This document shows, one piece after another, positions 15,044-26,798 of a stretch of 64,000 nt of DNA (positions are counted from its first letter, which is position 1; the number at the start of each line of letters is the position of its first letter). The notes below the pieces were generated by a model. It did no database searches, was not told the origin of the DNA, and saw nothing but the letters and a program-made list of their open reading frames with translations. Source of the stretch: Eledone cirrhosa (taxonomy: Eukaryota); NCBI GenBank assembly GCA_964016885.1, contig OZ024751.1:34100001-34164000 (forward strand). Reading direction: 5' to 3'. Both the position numbers and the translations under genes were made by a program.

Positions 15044-15394
15044 AACGGCCTATTTTAGCCGAACCAGCAAGTCTGATGAGCAGATCAATATTGGTGGGAG
15101 ATCATCACATATATACGGACCTCTAGCCAATCCTCTTCGAAACCTACGTAATACCCCTTACATATAACTGGTATGACATGACAGACTGAGAGAGATATCT
15201 AGTGTCCCTTATATACAGCTGGTATTTAATATCCCTTTTAAATAAAAAAAAAACAGTTGAGAGACAAAAATAAACAAAAATAAATGAGATAAACAAGGAC
15301 AAATTGCTTATCGTTGACAATATATCACATCTGTAACCTTGATTAGATTTACACCTGAAATCTTGGTTAGATTATTTCTATGTTTAATAGATTG

Positions 15395-15770
15395 TTGTTT
15401 GATGGCTGGTAGTGTCATTTGACGGCTGGTAGAGTGTTGTTTGACGGCTGGTAGAGTGTTGTTTGGCGGTTGGTAGAGTGTTGTTTGACGGTTGGTAGAG
15501 TGTGTTGTTTGACGGTTGGTACAGTGTTGTTTGACGGTTGGTAGAGTGTTGTTTGATGGTTGGTACAGTGTTGTTTGACGGTTGGTAGAGTGTTGTTTGA
15601 TGGTTGCTAGAGTGTTGTTTGACGGTTGGTACAGTGTTGTTTGACGGTTGGTAGAGTGTTGTTTGATTGTTGCTAGAGTGTTGTTTGACTGTTGGTACAG
15701 TGTTGTTTTTCGGTTGGTACAGTGTTGTTTGACAGTTGGTAGAGTGTTGTTTGACGGCTGGTAGATTGTC
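15395..15770. repeat. 22-bp minisatellite, ~16-17 copies
   Basis: Unit GTGTTGTTTGACGGTTGGTAGA. Confidence 0.95.
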
Positions 15771-16490
15771 GCTTGGTATATTGTATTTGTGATCTTGGTT
15801 GGGTTCCTAATATTTTTAAAACTAATTATAGTAGTTTGCTCTTACTCTCCTCCACCATTTCACTCACACGTGTATCTTTTAAATGTTTATTTTTTCAGAT
15901 TTGAGTTATTAACATTAGTTAGTGACAGGTAACCCTATGACGTTCATATCAGTTCTTGGATTACATGACGGAGTTTACAAAGATTTCAATGTGTAATATG
16001 TACGGTTTCTTTGATTTTTCTAATTTTCCACCGTTCTAAAGAGGAGGAGGAGGAGTGTTGGTGTTGGTGGTGGTATCGGTGGTGATGGTGGTGGAAGTGG
16101 TGGTGGAAGTGGTGATGGAAGTAGTGATGGAAGTGGTGGTGGTGGTGTTGGTGGAAGTGGTGGTGTCTATGCTGGTGGTAGAGCTCGTCCTAGTAGTAGA
16201 TGGTATAAGGGGAATCAGTGTTGGATTCCATGTCAAGAGAGGGCTGAGGTCGCAGTATCTAGTTATCTGCAACTAGAAATTACCTAAGACCAAAGAAAAC
16301 TGGCAGCTCCAGGTTGACCTACAGTTAAACCCTGCGGGTGAAATGTACATACACACAAAAACTCCCCACCGAAGTTACCAAAGAACATATTAGATCTACA
16401 AAACATAATTGTAAAATTATAATATTATAAAATTAAATTGTTTGGAACTACAAGTGAAGTCATTCTTTTCCTTTTTTTCATATATATATA

Positions 16491-16953
16491 TTGAGATCGG
16501 TGTGGAAGTCGGACCTTCGTAAAGACCTGAAAATCCGCCTCTTCATTGCTGTACGGGTCTGAGACTTGGACACTGACCAAGAAACTCACTCAGATGGTGG
16601 ATGGGTGCTACACGAGAATGCTGAGGATGGGTCTGAACATTAATCAGTATACACTGAGGATGAAAAACTCAGAGCTGTTTGGGAACCTCCCAAAAGTCAG
16701 CTCAAAAGTGACACAGAGGAGACTGAGGTTAGCTGGACATGCTCACAGACATCCAGAGTTGACATTGCACTCAGTGTTCCTGTGGGAGCCCCTACATGGA
16801 CATACTGGAAGAGGAAGACCAAGGTTAACGTATGTTGATGCCCTAAGGACAGACACTGGTCTGTTGGAGACGCAGGATATGGCAGCGATAATGAGGGACA
16901 GAAACCGCTGGAGAGAACTCGTCCATGGATCTCGGGAATTTTACCCGCCCTAG
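16491..16953 (+). mobile_element. 5'-truncated RTE-clade LINE (C-terminal part of RT ORF) inserted in (TA)n
   Basis: LRSVWKSDLRKDLKIRLF upstream, then LLYGSETWTLTK...GCYTRMLR...RRLRLAGH...LWEP...GRGRPRLTYVD...RDRNRWR, typical of the RTE C-terminus. TA runs on both sides. Confidence 0.88.
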
Positions 16954-17040
<87 letters not shown>

Positions 17041-17452
17041 TAGAGGTTATCACATACAGAAAATTAAATTAAATTAAATCAAAGATACATATATGTGTTG
17101 CAACTGTTCACTTTTAAGCTCAATGAAGAATTAATAAATTAAAATCAAAAAATCAGAGCATTATATCATAAATCGTGTCTATAGAATCAATCAGATATTA
17201 AAATATATACTATTTCTTCTTCTAATCAGCAAAATTAACCATATACATAATCAAATCTAGCAAGCTTTAAGAATAAATTTTCTAACGGGGAAATCTCCGA
17301 CAAATAATTGACCGCAGCCAGTTCGCGATAACTCCGTTCCATTATTTATCAAACACTTCGGCAGCATGCAGAATCCGATCAAATACATCGTCAACCGCAC
17401 GTAATTAGTAGTAAAATTAAACTTAGAAGAAATGCGCACATACCGTAATTAT

Positions 17453-17530
17453 ATCTCTACCATGGTTTCTTCCTTGTTTAGGACATCCAAATAATATGGA
17501 TTTGCTTTGAGTCAGGAATCATCAGGAGAC
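17453..17530 (-). ncRNA. Type-I hammerhead ribozyme motif with extended stem II
   Basis: Minus strand reads GTCTC-CTGATGA-TTCCT-(42 nt including an ATCCA/TGGAT hairpin)-AGGAA-GAAAC-catg-GT-A-GAGAT. Core intact, GUA triplet. Confidence 0.78.
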
Positions 17531-17575
17531 AAACTCAGAAATAGACATTTAATTTCTCAGACCGACTTGATTAAT

Positions 17576-17654
<79 letters not shown>

Positions 17655-19289
17655 CATGACCTCTTGTTATAAATAAATATACATCTTTATATTTATGTAT
17701 ATATATAATCTGCCTGTATATGTCGCTACGTAGATAGACACAAATCTTCGGAATGTCTGTTGATGTTTATATATATTTCTCATTTGGTGAGAGTGTATAT
17801 AAAATAATTTATCATTTCGTTATTCCCACTATACTAGTTGATTATCATAGAATTAAAGAATAAACAATAATTTATCAGTGTCATGAATTTAGTATTGAGT
17901 GCAAAAAATTAATGTCTACCTCCCATGTCTTCAATCACTGTCAACACATCATTACATATATATGTGTGTGTGTGTGTTTAGATAGGTTAGTCTGTGTAAA
18001 TACATATATATATGTATGTGTGTTTAGGTAAGTTAGTCTGTGTAAATACGTATGTATACACACATATAGATATGCAGTCAGTCGTACAATCACTTACACA
18101 TTAACAAAAACATGAATGCTCAATGCGTTATATATAGTGGTAGTGTGTATTATAGTAGAGTAGATGTGTTGGTAAATAAACCCCACCACATCCCATACCA
18201 CATGTGAGTTGTAATCGTAACTGAATGTAGTAGTTTAATCTTAGGATTAGTCATATCTATGATGTGGACAACACACGCATACATACATTTTATATATATA
18301 TATATATATATATGAATTAACATTAAGACAGAAGTTACACAGTCGTATTTATTACCTAATACGTATTTCAGTGACACCATTGAGAAGCCGTGTTGTGCAA
18401 TCATTACAACAGCAACCGGCATCGATGAGACATCATCAGCCGTTAACACATTTATGCGAAGATGTTCAGTGAATATATAGATTACGTCATATATATATAT
18501 AACGAAATGATATATACATACATTAATAGTGATTTTACGTGGTTTGAATAGGCATTAACTTGACAGGCGGGTTGTTGTAAGTACATAATTATATGTTAAA
18601 CAGTTATATTTGGACATTTTCAGCTGAATAATTACATATGAAATACACCTAGCTCTATAATAAACAACAACACATATCTTACACATCTTTATTCTGAGTT
18701 TGTATAACAACTTGTCTTTGTGTCTAATTAGAGGTTCTCTTCTCCCTGTTCTCTCTAACACATTCTCACTGCATAATGTATTCCTCCTCCACCATATTTA
18801 AACTTACGTGCCTATTTAGCCCATACTTGACATAGATTAGGTTTCTTTTAGTAGGAATGCTAGTTTAAAATCATAAATGGGACCAAGTGATTCAAGTAAA
18901 TAGTTGTATCTCCTGATGAGATTCCAATTGATGCTCATATCTCATCACCATCGATATAATATAATTAATTAAGCGGTTAATTAATTTTAATCGATTGGAA
19001 TCGCATCTCTCTTAATCGAAACGTTCGTCTAAATTATTTGAACTGAGTTATACCTTCGGTTACTTCTTCTGAAATGTATTTATATATACACATATATACC
19101 CATATGTATGTATATATATTGCACTATAGTGATAAGTCTGTGATACAATGTACGGTTTAGATGAAATTCCCACAAAACACCAAAGATCAACATTTGGTGT
19201 TGATGTCATCTTTGTTTTCCCAAGAGTTGAAATATTTCACAAGGATTAATGGCACGTACTCAAGTACACATACACACACATTATATATG

Positions 19290-19321
<32 letters not shown>

Positions 19322-19339
19322 TGTATGTATGTATGTATG

Positions 19340-19385
<46 letters not shown>

Positions 19386-19872
19386 ACCACACACACAATC
19401 ATACGCACATGCATCAAAATTCATATGCACGTATATAGAAATACAATTACGCACACAGACACATACATGCTTATAGATACAAACATACAAACACATTCAT
19501 ATAAATACAAACACACTAACACACGTATAACTAGAAGCTTAAACAAACAGATATTTGCAGATCAATATAATTCCTGACACATAAAAACATATTTTCAACA
19601 TTGTCGTCATTTAGATTAAGTCAAAATTCAACGCACTAAATATATTTTACGACTGAATAAAGAAATGATTACTAATTCACAAATCATATGGGGAAACTGT
19701 GAGTAGCGCAAGCATTATATCCACTGTAATGTGTGTGTGTGTGCGTGTGCGTGTGCGTGTGCTTGTGTGTAGTGTGTAGTGTAGTGTAGTGTAGTATAGT
19801 GTAGTGTAGTGTGGTGTGGTGTGGTGTGGTGTGGTGTGGTGTGGTGTGGTGTGGTGTGTGTGTGTGTGTGTG

Positions 19873-19965
<93 letters not shown>

Positions 19966-20189
19966 CGTGCGTGTGTGTGTGTGTGTGCGTGTGCGTGTGC
20001 GTGTGCGTGTATGTGGAGTGGTGTGTGTATGTAGTTGCAGAAAAAGTCTAAAATTTTCCCAACTACATTTGTTTAAAGTATGATTTATTAATTCTAAATA
20101 AAAGACTTTTCATTTCCAGTATCTATGGTGACCTACTTTCTACTTATTTCTGGTGTTGATAAGGTGGCGTTTTATCAGAGTTGTTATGG

Positions 20190-20355
20190 TGCAATTATGA
20201 ATTCGTTACAGCATTTTGTGTTCTGAATCCTCTCGAACTTTGCTTTTCACTCTGCCGGAGTCGATAACACAAAATACCAGTCAAATACTGGAGGGAGAAA
20301 TAATCGATTTTCCCCAACACACAAATTACTAGTCATGTCCCTTAATTAGAAACCA
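20190..20355 (+). mobile_element. tRNA-derived SINE family 1, diverged
   Basis: AACTTTGCTTTTCAC..GGAGTCGATAA..TACCAGTCAAATACTGG; tail TTAGAAAC. Confidence 0.55.
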
Positions 20356-21384
20356 ATATTCTTGTTATTTTACCACAAAGATCTATATTTAGGAGAATAT
20401 CTCTTTGGTCCCTAAAATGATTATGAATTATTTATTTAGCGGAATTCTATATTCTATATTCTTAGTAAATCATTTTCAGTATTTCTGGCTCAGCATTTCA
20501 TTGTCAGTATCCTGTATATATTCTGAACTTTGTTTCTGCCATGTTTTATATTGTTTCTTTTGTTTTGTTTCTTGTAAAGCAATCTTCCTGTTTATACTTT
20601 CATGTGGTTCTGCATTGTTTGGTCTTTAAGTATTCTTTCCATTAGAGATTCTATTTATATAACCTGATATCTAACTGGCTTTTAAATATTGTATCCTCCT
20701 AAACTAGTTTGTCTCTTGGGACCTATAACTTACTTCTAGATCAGAGAATTTCTGTCAGGAGTATATACACATTTGTTTAAGGATCCTTGTGTTAGGGGTG
20801 GTTCAGGATGCCTTGTGTTGGGGTAGTTGATAGACAGTTGAGCGAAAATATACATCAACTATAGGTACCTATTCTTCGGGGTTTCTAGTTACGTTTTTTT
20901 TTTTCCTTTTTCTTTGCAAAACTAAAAAAAAAAACATCGTTCGATCAAAATTCCTTATTTAGTTACTTTTGGGTTCTGAGTTCAAATTCCGCCGAAACCA
21001 ATTTCAAATTTTATTCCTCAAGGCATCATAAAATACGTACCACCCCGATAGTTGATGAAATCACCGACATCCCTGCCTCCAAATACGGCCACATTGAATT
21101 AATGATATGAATAATTATAAGAAATAGGGTTTATAATTTACACAGGACAGAAATTTGAATGGAGAGAGTTAGTCATTTATGGTTTCATTCCTGGAAGAAT
21201 TAAAGTATTTTGTCCGACACCATAATAAACTTAGCCCTGGTAGAACTGGCCTATGATCAGCGACGTTCCAGCCATGCCCCTCTCACCTTCTATTCATACA
21301 GGTGTTTTTTTAACTCACCGAGTGGAGTAGAACTCGTCAAATTGTTTCCGTTGATCTCTCTAGTGGTGGTATTAACGGTATTAG

Positions 21385-21470
21385 TAACTCCTGGCAGAAA
21401 GAGCAACGTGAAAATGAAGTGTCTTCTGCAAGAACATAACGCAACGACCGTCCGGAAATCGAACTCGCAA
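21385..21470 (-). mobile_element. SINE family 2 head fragment
   Basis: AAGTGTCTTCTGCAAGAACATAACGC..CCGGAAATCGAACTC. Confidence 0.55.
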
Positions 21471-22439
21471 ATGAAAGAAGGGGTTATTCCGGGAGTATGT
21501 TAAAGTTGTTGTCCTAGGAGCTGTTGCTGTGGTTGTCATTGTTGTTATTAATGTTGTTGTTGTTGTTGTTATTGATGCTCTAGTTGAGGTTGTTTTGTTG
21601 TTCTAGTAGCTGGTATTGTTATTGATGATCATGATGATGATGATGCTGTGGTTGATATTGCTGTTGTTGTTATTGTTGTTACTGTTGTTGCTGCTGCTGC
21701 TGCTGCTGCTATATATATATATTTAATTTATGCAAGCAAGATATGTTAGTCTCGTCTAACTCCATTAAGCACCATACACAAGTTCTCCTCATACAGTTCT
21801 CTCAATGTAAATTCTCCTACAAATCCTTGCCTTCCTTCACTTCCGTTCGACATTTGCATTAAAATTCCATTACAAGTTTTGCGAAGTCGAAATATGGGAG
21901 GCGGCTTGATATAATGATCATTGTGATAATGATGATTATAATGATGGTAATGGTAGTGATGATAATGATGGTGATGGTAGCGATAGTAATGATAATGATG
22001 ATAATGATGGTAGCGATAGTGATGATGGAGGTGGTGATGATGGTAGTGATGATGATATGGGAGTGAAGATGATATGGGAGTGGAGGTGATGATGATATGA
22101 TGAGAGTGATAGTGATGATGATGATATATATTATTAAAGATAATGATAATATATTTTATTTTTACTGATAATAATATTCATTATAGAAAAATGATAAAAA
22201 TAATATTGATTTTTTTTTAACGTTGAAACAGACAAAACCACTAATTGGGGAAAGACAGGGTATAGCCGAATAAACCGACCCCAGTGAATGACTGGTATTT
22301 TGTTAAATGAACCTAGTGGGGATAATGATGGTAATAACAGACTTGTTGTCTACTTTCTCTCTCTTTCTTATATATATATATATATCACTCCCTAAGACTT
22401 TCTCACGTTAAAGTTAATTCTGTCCCAAGCCCAGAGGTT

Positions 22440-22695
22440 GGTCACCTGGTGTGTGTCCCTATTTCATTGGCGTTAGCTCACTTCCTGTACAAGACTCATC
22501 CCTAAATGGGATTCTAATTCATCACAAAGTTAAACCCTAACTGCCAGTGGGTCTCATTTTCGTTTTATATTTTCAGCTGAATTAACTGAAATAACGGGAA
22601 ATGAAAGGTCTTGCTCGGGGACAAAACACGTCTAGTCCGGGAATCAAACACTCACCCTCACGGGCGTGAGGCGACCACCTTAACCATTCAGCCCT
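22440..22695 (-). mobile_element. SINE family 2-related copy
   Basis: AAGGTCTTGCTCGGGGACAAAAC..CCGGGAATCAAAC..CCTTAACCATTCAGCC. Confidence 0.55.
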
Positions 22696-23799
22696 CAATA
22701 TATCAGTGAGCTCCACGCTAAAAAATCAGAGTAAGAAAGGATATAAAAAGGCCACCATATCCGGCATATGATAAGATTGGGGTGCGGTATTGCGGAACTT
22801 GTCTGATGGAATTTTAATGTAAATTATGAACGGAAGTAAAAGAAAGCAAGGATTTTAACGAATTTTACTTTCATAAAATTTGTATTTATAAAATTCATAA
22901 AACTTCTAACTGCTTGCTTAATTGAGTAGGACGAGAAAGACATGATTCCCTTGCATACATTAAACATGCATCTACAACAATAACAAAATCGCCTATACAG
23001 AAAGGGGGAGATCGATATGACAGGTAACGATTTTTATTAAAATATGGATATGGTAAACCCACGAATTAATGGAACCTTGTTTAACGGACAAAATAATAAT
23101 GGTTTCTAATTTAGGCAAAAGGCTAACAATTTGGTGCATAGAAAGCTGGTTAAATTGCACCCCAGTGCATTACTGGTACTTTATTTCATTTACTACTGAG
23201 AAATGGAGAAGAGAAAGCTCGAAGTACTAGACTGGTAATATATATAGAAAAGTATAAGAGCATTATTTTTAATGGTCCTTCAGACGTAAAGAGTCTCCTC
23301 TCTAGAACCGATCTGGTATCCTCCAAGTTAAATATACAGAACAACATAGAAGCAATTAGAGAATGGCTGGTACTGTCTAGTACACTTAGCAGAAATATTT
23401 TAAATCTATGTAAAGAATAACAGTGACAACAACAATCTAGATGTATAAACATGAATCTCTATATATCTTTCATGGAGTTAAATAGCAAACTAGGTCCCAA
23501 GGTAACAATTTTATATATCATCAAAAAGTAGCATTAAAGATTTTTCATTCTGATAATAGTCGTTTTAACGTCTGTGAAGTCTCACTGATTCTATATAGAA
23601 AACTTCTACATATTATATATATTATATATGCAACTATATTTTATGTTAGATGAGTTCATTCTAAAGGTATCTATATTCATAAATGTGTGTATATATGTGT
23701 TTATATGTATATGTCTTCGTGTGTTATCGGATGCACATATGAATATATGCAAATGTATATTTTAGATACGTTATAATTGCAGACACACGTACAATCACT

Positions 23800-23861
<62 letters not shown>

Positions 23862-24061
23862 CACAGAGAGAGGGAGAGAGGGAGAAAGAGAAAGAAAAAA
23901 GATAAATACATAATAAATGCATCACGGTAAATAAAATATTTGTATACATACATGTAGACAAATAGTTTTTTTTACTCTATACATGCACATGAATATATGT
24001 AGACACACACACACATATACATATTTATATATGCACATGTATATATATCCTTGTAATCTAA

Positions 24062-24109
<48 letters not shown>

Positions 24110-24397
24110 TTAGACATATACGATGATGCTCAATAATATAGTATGGTATAATGTTAAAATATAATTAATGTACATACATATATATATATATATGTTTGTG
24201 TGTTAGACTTACACATATATACATATGATTGTAAGATAGCAAAAGTGTGTATTGCGATGAAATATGGTAGTGGTGTAGTTTAATATGGCGTAGCAGCAAT
24301 AAATGACGTCTGGATATTAAGACTGTGTGAACCACTCATATATTTTTACTGTTTACATCACTTCATTTTCACAGCTCTCATGAGAATCTCCCATATT

Positions 24398-24484
<87 letters not shown>

Positions 24485-24612
24485 GGGTGGTGACCTATGG
24501 TTACTGTAAGGCAATTATTCAAAATGTCTTACTGCAGATACATTACTATGCATAAATGTTTATATATATGTATATATAAATGTTTATATATATGTATATA
24601 TAAATGTTTATA

Positions 24613-24717
<105 letters not shown>

Positions 24718-24961
24718 TTGGTGCATTCAATAAGTAGTGGGAGAATATATGAAAACATTTATCTAATTAAGAAACAAAAAGCCAGCTATGATAAAGTCCT
24801 ATAGGTATTATATTTCAATATATGAACCAATTTGAGAGATATTTCCACTGGTGTACCAGTTGGGTGAACTTTGGAAGAAATCGAGTCCCTCTTTGCAAAG
24901 TAATTCAGTGATTTCGAATTTGACATCATACTTGTCAGCAAATGTTTTACTTATTCAGGTA

Positions 24962-25280
24962 TTGTAGGAGGCAATAGTCACTGGGAACCTTAGTAGGGTC
25001 ATACGGTAGGAGGTGAATGTCACTGGGAGCGTTAGCAGGGTCGTGCGGTAGGAGGTGATAGTCACTGGGTCGTACGGTTGGAGGTGATAGTCACTGGGAA
25101 CCTTAGCAGGGTCGTACGGTAGGAGGTGATAGTCACTGGGTCGTACGGTAGGAGGCAATAGTCATTGACAGCCTTAGCAGGGTCGTACGGTAGGAAGTGG
25201 TACTCACTGGGATCGATATGAGGGTCGTACGGTAAGAAGTGGTAATCATTGACAACCTTATCAGGGTCGTGTGGAAGATG
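24962..25280. repeat. 42-bp/29-bp tandem repeat
   Basis: Unit GTCACTGGGAACCTTAGCAGGGTCGTACGGTAGGAGGTGATA, with 13-bp-deleted variants. Confidence 0.9.
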
Positions 25281-26450
25281 TTTGATCAGCTCCAAACCAA
25301 CATCAAGAATTCCTCCTGCATTCTTCAATTAGGTCCCAGTAATAATTAGAATTTAGTGAGACACCACCAGCAACATCAATTGACACAACGCTCTGCTAAT
25401 CCCACAATACTATAAGCATCGATGCACGTCGATGACTCGTTCCCCTTCTCAAGAATCTTAAAGCAGTTTCAACTGGAAATATTCTTTGATTCAGGAAGAT
25501 ATAGACTATGTTGCCACACTCCATCACAGCTTTCCAATGCCACAATGTTTCAGAATGTTAACTTGTCCGACACTAATGGTAAGTGTGTGTGTCACTGTGT
25601 CCGTGTGTATGTATTTTTATGTGTGTCTATATAAGTTTATTATTTATTCTAATTCATTTCATATTGAATAGTTTTGAATTATGGAAACCTAGTTTTTTTT
25701 AAGGAAGGAAAATGAAATTTGAATTTTTAAACAAATGACGTTTTTATTGGCTTTCTACTTTTCCATTCTGTCAAAAAATTATTTTCTAATCGTTTTCAAT
25801 ATTCTGTTGAACATTAATGGCTGATTTGGTTGTTTTTATTATTTTGTTGTTTGTTTGTGTTGTTTTTGAGAACTCTAGTGACCTTGTCTATATTATGAAC
25901 TTTTATTCCATTACTTTATTTTCACGGGTTTCAGTCATTTCTTGGTATTGGTGTCAAGGATTGGGAAGACGAAGCAGAGAGCAAATCTGGTTAGAAAGGG
26001 CTGGTTTATAATGGTTGTAATCGGTTTGAGGTCAAAAGGATTGAGCATTCATTGTTAGGAAAGGTGATGTAGACTCTGCCCTGGAAAATATCTGGTCTGA
26101 GCCTATCTATAACATCTGCAGAAAGGTTATTATTTCTCATGCTGGGCTTGCTAGTCATGTAACAGCTCACAGCAATCAACAGTCCAGAGCTGATTATGTT
26201 GATGTCCTCCTCCCTGAAAAGCCTGCGGAGTATTCGAGTCAGATATGCAGGTTTTCTGCTAGACTCAAGCAGCACATGATAATGCATTAGGAGGAAGTTA
26301 CATTCAAGACTATCCAAATACCTTACGTGTGTCACATCTGTAGAAGTGTATACAGGAGCGAGGCATGTTTGCAGAGTTATTCACAGGCTCATGCCCGTTC
26401 AGCACAACGCTGAAGAGAAGGCCCTCTTCTGTAAAGAAATGGCAGTTACC

Positions 26451-26532
<82 letters not shown>

Positions 26533-26798
26533 TTCTTTTTATTTGCCACCAAGGCGTCAAAGAGTGGGACAAGTACAACGGGGGGAGTTTACATAAAATG
26601 GCGTCCTCAATAAGGAGGAGGCAATAACAAAATATAAAAATATAAAAATATTAAATATAAGAAAAATAAATTGAATAACAAAATCCTCAATAGGGAGGAG
26701 GCGCCTTGGGGGGTCGCACACACCCCCGAAAAAGTGTGAAACCCTTCTCCGCAGGAGCACAGAGAGAGGGTGCTCCCTTGATGTTTTATCTTTCTCAC

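Noticed and set aside
15395-15770. CRISPR-like regular repeats (also 24962-25280, 47558-48108, 49962-50210)
   Set aside because: No unique constant-length spacers, no cas genes, eukaryotic context; these are tandem repeats.
23186-23452. Possible CR1-like RT relic on + (DVKSLL...IQNNIEAIREW)
   Set aside because: Similarity too weak to call without BLASTx.
25960-26450. GC-richer segment with a 109-aa minus-strand ORF next to the Tx1 3' end
   Set aside because: No recognisable motif; it lies beyond the element's tail, so neither an exon nor a transduction can be supported.
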